Shown: piece by piece, positions 10,860 through 20,649 of the stretch
How positions within the stretch are numbered: the stretch's first letter is position 1
Layout of the letters: each line of letters begins with the position of its first letter
DNA from: Acidobacteriota bacterium
GTDB lineage: Bacteria; Aquificota; Aquificia; Aquificales; Aquificaceae
NCBI GenBank assembly: GCA_003696155.1
Contig: RFFP01000003.1
Coordinates: 10,645-74,644 of the forward strand
DNA length: 64,000 nt
Direction: 5' to 3'
Made by a program: the position numbers and the translations under genes
The notes under the pieces: model-generated
What the model was told of the DNA's origin: nothing
The model's input: the letters and a program-made list of their open reading frames with translations, nothing else
The model's database searches: none

Positions 10860-11789
10860 CTACCTCAGCACGCTTAAAACCCTCTCCACATCCTCCACCT
10901 TTTCCACATTAAAAACCCTCACATGGGATACCGTTTGCTGAACCAGCTTTGAAAGCACGTTCTTAGGCCCTATCTCTACAAAGGTATCCACACCCTTCTC
11001 CACCATGTACAGCACACTCTGATACCATCTTACGGGAGAGAATATCTGTCTGTAGAGGTTTTCCCTTATTTCTTGTGCCATGGTATGTTCTCTGGCGGTA
11101 TAGTTTTGGACAAGGGGTACGCTTAAGTTTTTTATAGGTGTCTGGGCGAGTTTTAACCTAAAGGCGTCGGCGGCGGACTTCATGAGTGAGCAATGGGAGG
11201 GCACGGAAACCTTCAAAGGTATGACCTTACCTCCCATATCCTTAGCTATCTGAGAGGCCCTCTCCACTGCAGACCTCTCTCCGGATATGACCGTTTGCTC
11301 CGGAGAGTTGTAGTTGGCAGGTTCCACAAGACCCACCTCCTGCGCAAGCCTACAGGCCTCCTCTACCTTCTCAGGTGGGAGCTTAAGCACAGCAGCCATG
11401 GCACCCTTGCCTTCGGGAACGGCTTCCTGCATATACTTTCCTCTCAGATGCGCAAGCCTAACTGCTTCAAAGAGTTCCACGCCACCCACTGCACAGAGTG
11501 CGGTGTACTCCCCAAGAGAATGACCCGCTACCAGGTAGGGTTCTGGCAGTCCCTTAGATCTGAGCACCTCGTATATGGCTAGGCTTACCGTCAGTATGGC
11601 CGGTTGAGTGTTTGCAGTCTTATTAAGCTCCTCCTCAGGACCTTTGAAGATTATGTCTGTGAGGTCGTACCTAAGGGCTGTTTCGGCGCTATGGAATACA
11701 TCTGCCGCCTGGTGAAATTCTTTGTAAAAGTCGTAACCCATACCAACGTACTGTGAGCCCTGACCTGGGAAAAGGTATGCTATCCTCAT
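10860..11789 (-). CDS. fabD: malonyl-CoA:ACP transacylase
   Basis: 309 aa. FPGQGSQ, active-site GHSLGEY and SVPSHCSLM. Confidence 0.92.
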   Translation of the reverse strand: MRIAYLFPGQGSQYVGMGYDFYKEFHQAADVFHSAETALRYDLTDIIFKGPEEELNKTANTQPAILTVSLAIYEVLRSKGLPEPYLVAGHSLGEYTALCAVGGVELFEAVRLAHLRGKYMQEAVPEGKGAMAAVLKLPPEKVEEACRLAQEVGLVEPANYNSPEQTVISGERSAVERASQIAKDMGGKVIPLKVSVPSHCSLMKSAADAFRLKLAQTPIKNLSVPLVQNYTAREHTMAQEIRENLYRQIFSPVRWYQSVLYMVEKGVDTFVEIGPKNVLSKLVQQTVSHVRVFNVEKVEDVERVLSVLR

Positions 11790-11801
11790 AGATGGCTTAT
11801 T

Positions 11802-12044
11802 TTAACCTAACTCTCTGAGCTTATCCCTGATAAAATCCCAGCTCCACCATGTGGCTGAACTCACGGGCATGGTCTTGCCTATATCTTCCTCATGCCCATC
11901 GACCCATATATACGTACCGTCAGTTAGCAGTCTGAAGTTTCTCGTTTTTGATGACCATCTCCAAAAGTTATGAGGACCTATGCCTAAAGCCTTCTTAAAG
12001 AGCTCCAACTCGTTGGGAAGGAGTGGTCTCGCTTTCCTTTCCAT
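11802..12044 (-). CDS. hypothetical Trp-rich 80-aa protein
   Basis: ORF only. It sits 15 nt downstream of the Lon-like gene and 12 nt upstream of fabD on the same strand. It contains 6 Trp (FWRWSS, IWVDG, TWWSWDF). I recognise no family. Confidence 0.4.
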   Translation of the reverse strand: MERKARPLLPNELELFKKALGIGPHNFWRWSSKTRNFRLLTDGTYIWVDGHEEDIGKTMPVSSATWWSWDFIRDKLRELG

Positions 12045-12059
12045 GGGGTTATTATAAAC

Positions 12060-14402
12060 CTATGAGGTTTTCTTTCCTCTTTTTATCTGTTGGCCTATTA
12101 TCCTGAAGAATCCTTGAAGCCTTTTCTTCACCAGCTCGTGGAACTTTTTAGCCCTGATACCCGTTGCTATCTCTATAACATCATCTATACTTTCCACAGT
12201 GTAAACGTTAAAGTATCCTGCCCTTATGCTTTCTATAACCTCCTTATCGAGCACTAGATTGTCGTAATTTCTTGAAGGTACTACCACACCCTCAACGCCC
12301 TTAAGGCCCAAGGCTTTACATACCCTGTAAAAACCCTCTACCTTCTCCTTTATACCACCCACAGGTTGTATGTTGCCAAGTTGGTCTACAGAACCCGTTA
12401 TGGCTATGTACTGCTTCACGGGCACCTGTGCTATGGCAGACAGTATGGCCAGGAGCTCCGCCGCAGATGCACTGTCCCCTTCCACTTCGTCGTAACTCTG
12501 CTCGAAGGTTACGTTGCATGAAAGGTGGAGAGGGAAATCTCCACCATACTTTCCACCTATATAACCTCCCAATATGAGCACCCCCTTTGAGTGAATGGGT
12601 CCGCTTAGCTCTACCTCCCTCTCTATGTTGATTATTCCTTTCTCCCCTATGTATGCAGAGGCTGTTATTCTGCTGGGCTTACCAAAGCTAAAGTCTCCAA
12701 GTTCGTAAACGCTAAGGCCGTTCACCTGCCCCTTCTCCTCTCCCTCTATCCTCACTATTATCTTCCCTTCCTGTATTGCCTTTCTTACCTTTTCTTCTAT
12801 GAGGTTTGACCTGTAGACCTTCTCCCTCAGAGCTTTTTCAACGTGCTCGTACCTTATGATCTCTTCCTGACTTAAGGAATGGGCTTCCCTTACTACGTCT
12901 ATCAGATGCCCGAGTATCACGCTAAACTTCTTCCTGCTGCCTGAGAGTTCTACACCGTATCTGAATAGCTCCGATAGGGCATCTCCATCTAGATGTTTTA
13001 ATCCCTCCTCCTCTACTATCTTCCTAATTATCTTGGGAAAGGCCTCTATAACCTCTTGGTTTATCTCTATGACAGGGTCAAACTCAGCCTTTACTTTAAA
13101 GAGCCTTCCAAACTCCGGGTCCAGATTGTAGAGGAGATAGTACAGATAGGGGTCTCCTATTAGGACAACCTTTAGGTTGGCAGGTACGGGCTCTGGGTTG
13201 ATGCCCACATAGGGAAGTAGGGTATCTTCAAGGGGATGTACGGGCATATGGATCTTTTTATGCATCAGTACCTTTTTAAAGGCATCCCAGAGGAAGGGGG
13301 TTTTTAAAAGGTCGATCACTCTTATGATAAGATAGCCGTTTCTTGCCTTATGAAGACTTCCCGCAGATATGCTCATATGGTCTGCATAAAGCACCCCCAT
13401 CTCCGCACTGTAGAAAACCTTACCAAAGAGGTTTTGAAAGGTGGGAACCTCCTCAAAGATAACAGGAGCCCCCTCTAAGTTTGAATTATCAACGAGCACA
13501 TTTACCCTGAAGGTATTAAAGGACTTTTCAAGGATTCTCTGAAAGGCCAAGTTCCCCCTAGAGCTATACCAAGAGAGAAATAGGTCCACATTCCTAGAAA
13601 GCTCCTTTTTTAGTCTCTCTATGTATTCAGAAAGACCCTCGTATCTGATGTATCTGTCCTCAAACCTTGAAAAGACCCTGTCTACAACGTAGCTTGCTAC
13701 CCTACTCCTCAGGTTTAGTATTTGGTCCGATAGACTGTGGTCCAGGTCTCTGAGCTCCCTGAGAAAGTCTCTAAACTTCTCCTCAAACTCAGAAAGGTTT
13801 CTTTCATAAGACTCCCTTATTCTTGAGTTTGTGTAAAGCTCCTCTTCGGAGACAAGCCTCCTTCCCACGAGGGGAAGTAGCTTTATTCCCGCTGGTGTGA
13901 AGAGGACTCCCAGTCCATGCTGCTCTGCAGATTCTACAAGCTTTCTTGCTACCTCCTCCTTCTTCACCTGTACAGACTTTACAACCTTTGCTACCTCTTC
14001 CTCATACTCCTTACTTTCAAAGGCCTTTGGTATCTCTTCCTTAAGAAGTTCAATAGCCCTGTTTATATCTTGAGCAAGACTCTTACCAACACCTGCGGGA
14101 AGCAGTAGATACTTAGGCCTTAGAGGATTATCAAAGTTGTTCACATAGCATATATCCTCTGGAACCTCCTTGTTTTTAGCTACTTCTCTAATCCTCCTTA
14201 GGGTATACTCTGTCCTTCCGACGCTTTCAGGGCCTGATACGTATACGTTGTATCCTTCAAAGTGTGAAGCTAAGGCCAAGTCAAAGGCTTTTTTAACCCT
14301 TTCCTGACCAGGGAAGAGGCTTTCCGGCTTTACTTCCTGAGTACCCTGCTTGTAGAGATATCCATAGGTGAGCTCTTCCGCGGTTAACCTCTTTACCGGC
14401 AC
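12060..14402 (-). CDS. Lon-like protease with degenerate AAA-like domain (LonC-type)
   Basis: 780 aa. The C-terminal S16 Lon protease domain has a Ser-Lys dyad context (GDSASAAELLAILSAI ... PVGGIKEKVEGF). The N-terminal P-loop reads GPESVGRT (Arg in place of the Walker A Lys). The expected Walker B position reads YLIIRVIDLL, with no DE. Confidence 0.75.
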   Translation of the reverse strand: MPVKRLTAEELTYGYLYKQGTQEVKPESLFPGQERVKKAFDLALASHFEGYNVYVSGPESVGRTEYTLRRIREVAKNKEVPEDICYVNNFDNPLRPKYLLLPAGVGKSLAQDINRAIELLKEEIPKAFESKEYEEEVAKVVKSVQVKKEEVARKLVESAEQHGLGVLFTPAGIKLLPLVGRRLVSEEELYTNSRIRESYERNLSEFEEKFRDFLRELRDLDHSLSDQILNLRSRVASYVVDRVFSRFEDRYIRYEGLSEYIERLKKELSRNVDLFLSWYSSRGNLAFQRILEKSFNTFRVNVLVDNSNLEGAPVIFEEVPTFQNLFGKVFYSAEMGVLYADHMSISAGSLHKARNGYLIIRVIDLLKTPFLWDAFKKVLMHKKIHMPVHPLEDTLLPYVGINPEPVPANLKVVLIGDPYLYYLLYNLDPEFGRLFKVKAEFDPVIEINQEVIEAFPKIIRKIVEEEGLKHLDGDALSELFRYGVELSGSRKKFSVILGHLIDVVREAHSLSQEEIIRYEHVEKALREKVYRSNLIEEKVRKAIQEGKIIVRIEGEEKGQVNGLSVYELGDFSFGKPSRITASAYIGEKGIINIEREVELSGPIHSKGVLILGGYIGGKYGGDFPLHLSCNVTFEQSYDEVEGDSASAAELLAILSAIAQVPVKQYIAITGSVDQLGNIQPVGGIKEKVEGFYRVCKALGLKGVEGVVVPSRNYDNLVLDKEVIESIRAGYFNVYTVESIDDVIEIATGIRAKKFHELVKKRLQGFFRIIGQQIKRGKKTS

Positions 14403-14403
14403 C

Positions 14404-14724
14404 TCATACCACCTTCTTTATCTCCCTTCCTATCTTCTCCTCCACAGACTTTACCTTGCTGAATATCCTACCCCTCTTGCCTTCCCTGTAGTCTATTTTC
14501 ATGGTTATGGATATTCTCGGGCAGTCCTTTTTTAGGGCTTCAAAGCCTTCCTTGAGAACGTACATCACCTGTTCCCAGCTTTCCCCTTCTATTATGGTAC
14601 CCATGGGTGTAAGCACGTAGCTTAGACCCGACCTGTCTATGATATCTACGACCCTTGCAACGTACTCACTTACACTTTCACCCTTACCGAGGGGTGTCAT
14701 GCTTACGAAGACAAGAAAACTCAT
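14404..14724 (-). CDS. MTH1187/YkoF-family (UPF0045) small protein
   Basis: 106 aa. VSMTPLGKGESVSEYVARVVDII...LTPMGTIIEGE matches the family pattern. Confidence 0.7.
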   Translation of the reverse strand: MSFLVFVSMTPLGKGESVSEYVARVVDIIDRSGLSYVLTPMGTIIEGESWEQVMYVLKEGFEALKKDCPRISITMKIDYREGKRGRIFSKVKSVEEKIGREIKKVV

Positions 14725-14727
14725 AGG

Positions 14728-15726
14728 ATGTATTATACTATCCCTAAAGGCATGAAGCTCGGCTTTCCGGTGACCATAATAGCCTTCTTTGTTCTCCTTG
14801 GGCTGCTTGCGGACCTTATAGCCCCATATCCTTACTCACTTCAGAACAGAAGGGCGCCCTTCCATCCACCCACGAGGATACACCTTTTCCATGAGGGAAG
14901 GCTAAACTTTCCCTATGTGAACCCTTACGAGCTTAAGGACCCCCTTTTTAAAGTTTACGAAAGAAAAGAGGAAGTCTTATGCAGGCTAAAGTTCTTTTCA
15001 AACACACCTTACGGCTTGAAGCTATTATCTGTAGAGGAGCCCTGCAACCTTTACCTGCTTGGCACAGACAAGCTCGGTAGGGATGTTTTCAGTAGGCTGG
15101 TTTACGGTGCGAGGGTTTCTCTGCTCGTTGGCCTTGTGGGTATAACCGTCACCTTTATCTTGGGTAGCCTCATAGGTGGTCTTTCTGGCTACCTTGGCGG
15201 TAGGGTGGATACCTTCATCATGCGTGTAGTGGAGGTGCTACTTGCCATACCCACCTTCTACCTCATGCTTTCCTTGAGGTCTGTCTTTCCTCTGACGATG
15301 GAAAGCCTATACGTCTTCCTTATGGTTGTCTTTATACTGTCCTTTATAGGGTGGGCTGGGCTTGCCAGGGTTGTAAGGGGTATGGTGCTCTCCATAAGGG
15401 AGAGGGAGTTTGTGCAGGCTGCTAGGGCTTATGGAACCGGCACCTTAAGGCTTCTGAGGGTACATATCCTCCCCAACACTTACTATTACCTGATAGTTTC
15501 TGCAACCCTCTCCTTCCCCGGCTATGTTCTTGCGGAAGCCTCCTTAAGCTTTTTGGGTCTTGGCATACAGGAGCCCTACCCCAGTTGGGGAAACATGCTT
15601 TCCGATGCAAGGAACGTAAACCTCGTTTTGGCCCATCCATGGATACTGGCACCGGGGATGGCCCTCTTTTTATTGGTTATAGCTTTTAACCTTTTGGGAG
15701 ACGAGCTTTTAAAGAGAAGGTCATGA
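14728..15726 (+). CDS. ABC transporter permease, peptide/nickel (DppC/OppC-like)
   Basis: 332 aa with 6 TM segments. Contains the EAA-loop-like motif AARAYGTGTLRLLRVHILPN. There is no cognate ATPase or binding-protein gene next to it. An alternative start is at 14752. Confidence 0.8.
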   Translation: MYYTIPKGMKLGFPVTIIAFFVLLGLLADLIAPYPYSLQNRRAPFHPPTRIHLFHEGRLNFPYVNPYELKDPLFKVYERKEEVLCRLKFFSNTPYGLKLLSVEEPCNLYLLGTDKLGRDVFSRLVYGARVSLLVGLVGITVTFILGSLIGGLSGYLGGRVDTFIMRVVEVLLAIPTFYLMLSLRSVFPLTMESLYVFLMVVFILSFIGWAGLARVVRGMVLSIREREFVQAARAYGTGTLRLLRVHILPNTYYYLIVSATLSFPGYVLAEASLSFLGLGIQEPYPSWGNMLSDARNVNLVLAHPWILAPGMALFLLVIAFNLLGDELLKRRS

Positions 15727-16469
15727 AGGATGAGCTTTGTAAGGTAATAGATAACAGGCATGTAGGTGGGAAGCTTTACCTTTTAGAGCTTCATGCTCCA
15801 AGCATTGCAAGAGAGGTAAAGGCTGGTCAGTTTGTTATGATAAGGGTCTTTGAGGGCTTGGAGCCTTTGGGAAGGAGAGCCTTTGCGGTGGGCGATGTAA
15901 GGGGGGAAAACATACTTATCTTTTACGACCTCATAGGTAGGGGGACACAGATACTGTCAAAGGTTAAGAGGGAAGAGAGTTTACGAGTTCTTGGTCCCCT
16001 TGGGAAGGGTCTTTTTAAGACTGGTGGGGAAAGGCACCTTTTAATAGGCGGTGGTGTGGGGCTTGCAGGGCTTAGCCTTCTGGGAAAGGAGCTAAGAGCT
16101 CTGGGCAGGCAGGTACTCTTCGTTTACGGTGGCAGGAGCTTAGAACATCTTGGCATGGAAAGCTGGCTAAGGGAAGAGGGCTTTGACTATGTGCTTTTTA
16201 CAGAGGATGGCAGTAGAGGAAGGAAAGGGCTTGTGACCGATGTGCTCGAGGAGTTTGATACCTCTTGGGTAGTGCACGCCTGTGGACCAAAGGGCATGCT
16301 AAGGGCTATAAGGAATAAAAAGAGCGGTCATAGGGTCTTTCTATCCCTTGAAAGCAGGATGGCCTGTGGCTGGGGTGTATGCCTTGGCTGTGTGGTAAGG
16401 ACTCCGCAGGGCTACAAAAGGGTTTGCTATGAAGGTCCGGTCTTTGAGGCTGAGGAGGTACTTCTCTGA
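15723..16469 (+). CDS. pyrK: dihydroorotate dehydrogenase electron-transfer subunit
   Basis: 248 aa. FNR-like fold ([13 protein letters not shown]) with a C-terminal 2Fe-2S motif [13 protein letters not shown]...C. Confidence 0.8.
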   Translation: MKDELCKVIDNRHVGGKLYLLELHAPSIAREVKAGQFVMIRVFEGLEPLGRRAFAVGDVRGENILIFYDLIGRGTQILSKVKREESLRVLGPLGKGLFKTGGERHLLIGGGVGLAGLSLLGKELRALGRQVLFVYGGRSLEHLGMESWLREEGFDYVLFTEDGSRGRKGLVTDVLEEFDTSWVVHACGPKGMLRAIRNKKSGHRVFLSLESRMACGWGVCLGCVVRTPQGYKRVCYEGPVFEAEEVLL

Positions 16470-17092
16470 TGTTTACGGGGCTCGTAGAAAGGGTGGGATG
16501 GGTTGAAGAGCTCAAAGGCGGAAGACTAATCCTCAGGGCTGGCTTTGAGGATGTGAAACTTGGAGATAGCGTATCGGTAAACGGAGTTTGCCTTACCGTG
16601 GTAAGCATCAGTGGAGAGAGGCTACACTTTGACCTTTCGGAAGAGACCCTTAGTAGGAGCAATTTAAGGTTTTTAAAAAGGGACGACCCTGTCAATCTTG
16701 AAAGGGCTCTAAGGCTTTCTGATAGGCTGGGGGGGCATTTCCTTCAGGGCCATGTGGACTTTACTGCACCAATAGCATCCTTCAAAAGGCTTGGAGAACA
16801 TTGGGAGCTGAGGGTCAAAATAGAAAGGGAATATACAGTTTACTTTGTTGAGAAGGGCTCTGTGGGTCTTGATGGCATAAGCCTAACGGTTAACTCGTTA
16901 GAAGGGGACATAATAACCATGAACATAATTCCCCATACCTATGAAAGCACAAACCTCAAGTACAGAAGGGTCGGAGATAGGTTAAACGTTGAGGTGGACC
17001 TATTGGGCAAGTACGTTATAAACTACCTGCGCAGGTTCAGAGTAGAGAGCCTGCAGGAGAAGCTTGAAGGCCTCTATAATATAAAGCCATGA
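16469..17092 (+). CDS. ribE: riboflavin synthase alpha chain
   Basis: 207 aa. MFTGLVE start and duplicated lumazine-binding repeats ([13 protein letters not shown] and [12 protein letters not shown]). Confidence 0.92.
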   Translation: MFTGLVERVGWVEELKGGRLILRAGFEDVKLGDSVSVNGVCLTVVSISGERLHFDLSEETLSRSNLRFLKRDDPVNLERALRLSDRLGGHFLQGHVDFTAPIASFKRLGEHWELRVKIEREYTVYFVEKGSVGLDGISLTVNSLEGDIITMNIIPHTYESTNLKYRRVGDRLNVEVDLLGKYVINYLRRFRVESLQEKLEGLYNIKP

Positions 17093-18306
17093 TGGTCATA
17101 TGCAAGCAGGCTATCTTTGACAGGGAGGGAAAAGTAGCCTTTTACGAAGTTCTGCTACAGGATAGAAGTAAGGGGAAGTATCCAGAAGGCTTAGACCCTC
17201 TAAAGGCAACCAGCATGGTCATAGACATGCTTGTAGAGATAGGTCCAGAAAGGGTGGGGAACGGTAAGCTTGTTTTTGTGAACGTCCCCGCCATATTCCT
17301 TGAGGCTTCTCTCTTTGACCTGCTCTCTCCTGAGTATGTGGGCATAGAGCTTGTTGAAAACAGGAGGATAAACAACGAACTGCTTGATGCCATAAGAGAG
17401 CTGGTAAGCAGGGGCTTCAAGTTTTCTGTTGATGATTTTGGCTTTGAAAAGGTAGACTACCTTCCCCTTTTGGGTAAATGTCATTTTGTTAAAATAAATC
17501 TGAAGGATAACCCTTACAACGACATAGAACTCACAGAGGTAATAGACATACTGAAAAGCCTAGGAAAGGGGGTTATAGCCAAGAACATTGAAACTGAGGA
17601 AGAATATAGAAGGGCTCTTGATTTTGGTTTTGACTACTTCCAAGGGATTTACCTTTCAAAACCTTCTCTGTTAAAGGATACAAGGACCATAGCCTTCCTT
17701 AAATCTACCATCATACGCATGTACAATGCCATCAGGTCAAGGGATGTAGAAGGTTTAACAGAGGTTATAGAGAAGGATGTAGGCATGAGCTACAAACTGT
17801 TGAAGTTTGTAAACTACATGTCCAAAAACAAATTCAGCACAATACGGGAGGCGGTTATAAACCTGGGGCTTGAGAATACGGCAAAGCTTGCGGTGGTGGT
17901 TGCCCTTTCGGAGGTCTTTGCAGAAGAGCAGGAAGTTCAGCTCTGGAAGAGGGCACTTTTCAGGGCAAGCCTTGCAGAGAAGATGGCAGAGGTCTACAGT
18001 GGAGGCTCTAAGGACAAGGCCTACCTTCTTGGACTGTTCTCCCTATCCAACGAGGTGCTCGGTGAAAATCCTGCAGACATAGCAAGGAAGCTGTCCCTTG
18101 GTGAAGAGATAATCCAGGCCTATGAAAACAGGCTTACCCATCTGGGTTTTATTCTCTCCCTTGTGGAGCTTTTGGAGGATACAGAAGATGAGGTTGTGGT
18201 AAGCAAAGTGGCTCGTATTCTCAACATAACTCCAGAAAGGGTTTATGAAATGCTTTTAGAAGCTCGGGAGGAGGCGGATAGTATAACGGCTCAATCGGTG
18301 GCGTAG
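17089..18306 (+). CDS. EAL-domain c-di-GMP phosphodiesterase fused to an HDOD-like domain
   Basis: 405 aa. The EAL-domain catalytic pattern looks complete: [47 protein letters not shown]. The C-terminal ~200 aa look HDOD-like (LLKFVNY...). Confidence 0.75.
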   Translation: MMVICKQAIFDREGKVAFYEVLLQDRSKGKYPEGLDPLKATSMVIDMLVEIGPERVGNGKLVFVNVPAIFLEASLFDLLSPEYVGIELVENRRINNELLDAIRELVSRGFKFSVDDFGFEKVDYLPLLGKCHFVKINLKDNPYNDIELTEVIDILKSLGKGVIAKNIETEEEYRRALDFGFDYFQGIYLSKPSLLKDTRTIAFLKSTIIRMYNAIRSRDVEGLTEVIEKDVGMSYKLLKFVNYMSKNKFSTIREAVINLGLENTAKLAVVVALSEVFAEEQEVQLWKRALFRASLAEKMAEVYSGGSKDKAYLLGLFSLSNEVLGENPADIARKLSLGEEIIQAYENRLTHLGFILSLVELLEDTEDEVVVSKVARILNITPERVYEMLLEAREEADSITAQSVA

Positions 18307-19208
18307 CTGTGCATACCGGGGAAGAAGAGGTTAACCGCGAAGAAGCATATGAGAACGGTTACAAAACCGAAGACAACCATCCACGCTGTTCTCTTCCCTT
18401 TCCACCCCAGCATCTGCCTTGCGTGCAAATAGGCTCCAAAGAACAGCCAGACTATAAGGGACCATACTTCCTTGGGGTCCCAGCTCCAGTATCCACCCCA
18501 CGCCTCGTTAGCCCAAGCAGCACCCAAGATTATGGAAGCGGTCCATATGGGAAAGACTATCACTATGGACTTGTATGCTATCTCATCCAGGGTTTCCTTG
18601 GTGGGCAGGGGAGAGTGGGGGAACTTTTCCTTAATTAGGTAAAGTATGGCACCACCAAAGCCTACAGTAAACCCTGCGTAACCTGTAAAAGCTGTTACAA
18701 CATGAAGGTAAAGCCAATAACTCCTTAAGGCTGGCATAAGGGGAGTTATATCCTTAGAGGCGTAAAGCATGGCAAAGGCAGAGAATCCGAAGATCACTGG
18801 GACCACAAGTATACCCAGAAGCCTCACTCCGTACTTCCTTTCCAGTATAAGGTATATAAAGCCTGCTATAAAACTCCAAAAGGTAAGAGCCTCAAAGAGG
18901 TTGCTCCAAGGGGGATGGAAGACCCCAAGCTCGTAGGACTGCACGCTTCTTCTTATCATACCTGCAAGGTTGAGGGTGAGGCTCATAGAAAGGCTAAAGG
19001 TTGCCAAGGCTTGTATAGTCTTGTCTCTAAGAAATATGGTACTCAGGTATATGAGAGCTGACAGGGCATAGGCAAGCAGTGCGGACTTGTACCAGAATAG
19101 GTTGTCTATCCTCAGTAAACCCAGAGACAAACCGATTATGGGGATAAGGACCCAAAAGAGATAGCTATAAGACCGGCCTCTCTCCTTCTCTAGGATAACC
19201 TCTTTCAT
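18291..19208 (-). CDS. ccsA: cytochrome c biogenesis (system II) heme-handling protein CcsA/ResC
   Basis: 305 aa, polytopic. Trp-rich WWD motif WGGYWSWDPKEVWSL with flanking conserved His residues. Confidence 0.85.
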   Translation of the reverse strand: MKEVILEKERGRSYSYLFWVLIPIIGLSLGLLRIDNLFWYKSALLAYALSALIYLSTIFLRDKTIQALATFSLSMSLTLNLAGMIRRSVQSYELGVFHPPWSNLFEALTFWSFIAGFIYLILERKYGVRLLGILVVPVIFGFSAFAMLYASKDITPLMPALRSYWLYLHVVTAFTGYAGFTVGFGGAILYLIKEKFPHSPLPTKETLDEIAYKSIVIVFPIWTASIILGAAWANEAWGGYWSWDPKEVWSLIVWLFFGAYLHARQMLGWKGKRTAWMVVFGFVTVLICFFAVNLFFPGMHSYATD

Positions 19209-19228
19209 AGTATCCTTAAATATATACC

Positions 19229-19675
19229 CTACTCTCCGGGTTTTACATCAACCTTGATATTTACCACAACTTCAGGATGGAGCTTGAGCGAGATGGTGTA
19301 GATACCAATATCCTTTATAGGGTTCTTGAGCATTACCTTCTTCCTATCCACGTCAAACCCCATTTGCTGAAGAGCTTGTGCTATATCTGAGGATGTAACC
19401 GAACCGTATAGCTTGCCCTTTTCACCCACCTGCCTCTTTATCTCAACTACCAGGTTCTCAAGCTTTTTCGCAAGCTCCTGAGCTTTTTCCTTCTCCTTTT
19501 GAAGCTTTCTAACTCTCTGCTGTAGTATGCTGTGTACGTGTCTGAGGTTGCTTTCTGTTGCGGGTAGGGCTATACCCCTTGGTATGAGATAATTCCTTGC
19601 AAAGCCGTCCTTAACGTTTACAACGTCCCCAAATATGCCATATCCTTCAAGGTCTTGAATAAGTACCACCTTCAT
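19229..19675 (-). CDS. rplI: 50S ribosomal protein L9
   Basis: 148 aa. MKVVLIQDLEGYG...VKDGFARNYLIPRGIA. Confidence 0.93.
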   Translation of the reverse strand: MKVVLIQDLEGYGIFGDVVNVKDGFARNYLIPRGIALPATESNLRHVHSILQQRVRKLQKEKEKAQELAKKLENLVVEIKRQVGEKGKLYGSVTSSDIAQALQQMGFDVDRKKVMLKNPIKDIGIYTISLKLHPEVVVNIKVDVKPGE

Positions 19676-19687
19676 GAAAACACCTCC

Positions 19688-19909
19688 TTAGGCTACAAGA
19701 TAAGGCAACAGTGCCAGCTGTCTGGCCCTCTTTATCTCTCTTGCCAGCATTCTCTGATGTTTTGCACAGACACCCGTCTGCCTCCTACCTATAATTTTGC
19801 CCCTTTCTGTCAAGAACCTGCCAAGCTCATCGTAGTTCTTGTAGTTTGGCTCCTTTTTCTCATCGCAAAAGGGACAAGTTTTCTTACTTGGTCTCTTTAT
19901 ACCTTCCAT
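19688..19909 (-). CDS. rpsR: 30S ribosomal protein S18
   Basis: 73 aa. [26 protein letters not shown]. Confidence 0.93.
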   Translation of the reverse strand: MEGIKRPSKKTCPFCDEKKEPNYKNYDELGRFLTERGKIIGRRQTGVCAKHQRMLAREIKRARQLALLPYLVA

Positions 19910-19922
19910 TGTTCAACCTCCT

Positions 19923-20342
19923 TTAAAAGGGTATTTCATCCTCCATATCAAAGGGACCTTCTGGTGGGACCTCTTCAGAGGGTATCTCCTCTGAAAGCTC
20001 CTCTGGAGCTTCCTCCGTTCTTGGTTTGTTTATAACCCTTATACTTTCTGCCAGTATGCGCACCCTGCTCTGTGCCTTGCCATCTTTGTCAGTCCATCTA
20101 TCCTGGACAAGCCTTCCCTCTACTATTACCATATAACCCTTAGACAGACGGGCGCCAAGACCTTCTGCCATCTTACCGTAAGCCTTAACATCAAAGAAGT
20201 GGCTCTCCTCTCTTTGCTGTTCCCCCACCGTATACCTGCGATTGTATGCTAACCCAAACTCAACCACCTTGGTACCAGAGGGTAGGTATCTTAAGGTGGG
20301 GTCTGAGGTAAGCCTTCCTATTATGAGCACCTTGTTAAGCAT
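19923..20342 (-). CDS. ssb: single-stranded DNA-binding protein
   Basis: 139 aa. MLNKVLIIGRLTSDP OB-fold start and an acidic tail ending DEIPF. Confidence 0.92.
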   Translation of the reverse strand: MLNKVLIIGRLTSDPTLRYLPSGTKVVEFGLAYNRRYTVGEQQREESHFFDVKAYGKMAEGLGARLSKGYMVIVEGRLVQDRWTDKDGKAQSRVRILAESIRVINKPRTEEAPEELSEEIPSEEVPPEGPFDMEDEIPF

Positions 20343-20649
20343 TACTTTTTACAGCTTCCTCCTTTATGATTATGTTGAGCCATCTTATCACATCTTCGTT
20401 TATCTTGTAGAAAAAGTCAAGCTCGTTGGGAAGCTCAGAGTTCTCCGCTTTGATCTTGAGTATAAAGTACCTGCCGTGGTTAAAATTCTGTATAGGATAT
20501 GCGAGCCTCTTGGTTCCCCAATCGACCACATCTAGGGCCTCACCCCCCTTCTTCTGAAGGAAATCCCTTATCTCCTGGAGCCTCCTCTGAACCTCATCTT
20601 CTGTGAGGGTGGGCTTTAGGACAAACACACTCTCGTAGTATCTAGCCAT
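20335..20649 (-). CDS. rpsF: 30S ribosomal protein S6
   Basis: MARYYESVFVLKP is the canonical S6 start. A GGAGGT SD lies 7 nt upstream of ATG 20649. The ORF-track N-terminal extension to 20748 is spurious. Confidence 0.92.
   Translation of the reverse strand: MARYYESVFVLKPTLTEDEVQRRLQEIRDFLQKKGGEALDVVDWGTKRLAYPIQNFNHGRYFILKIKAENSELPNELDFFYKINEDVIRWLNIIIKEEAVKSNA

Noticed and set aside
12060-14402. Lon-like protease as BrxL of a BREX-type defence system
   Set aside because: No methyltransferase, PglZ/alkaline phosphatase, BrxA/B/C or other defence genes are nearby. The neighbours are fabD, argB and a UPF0045 protein. The degenerate Walker motifs fit LonC rather than BrxL.
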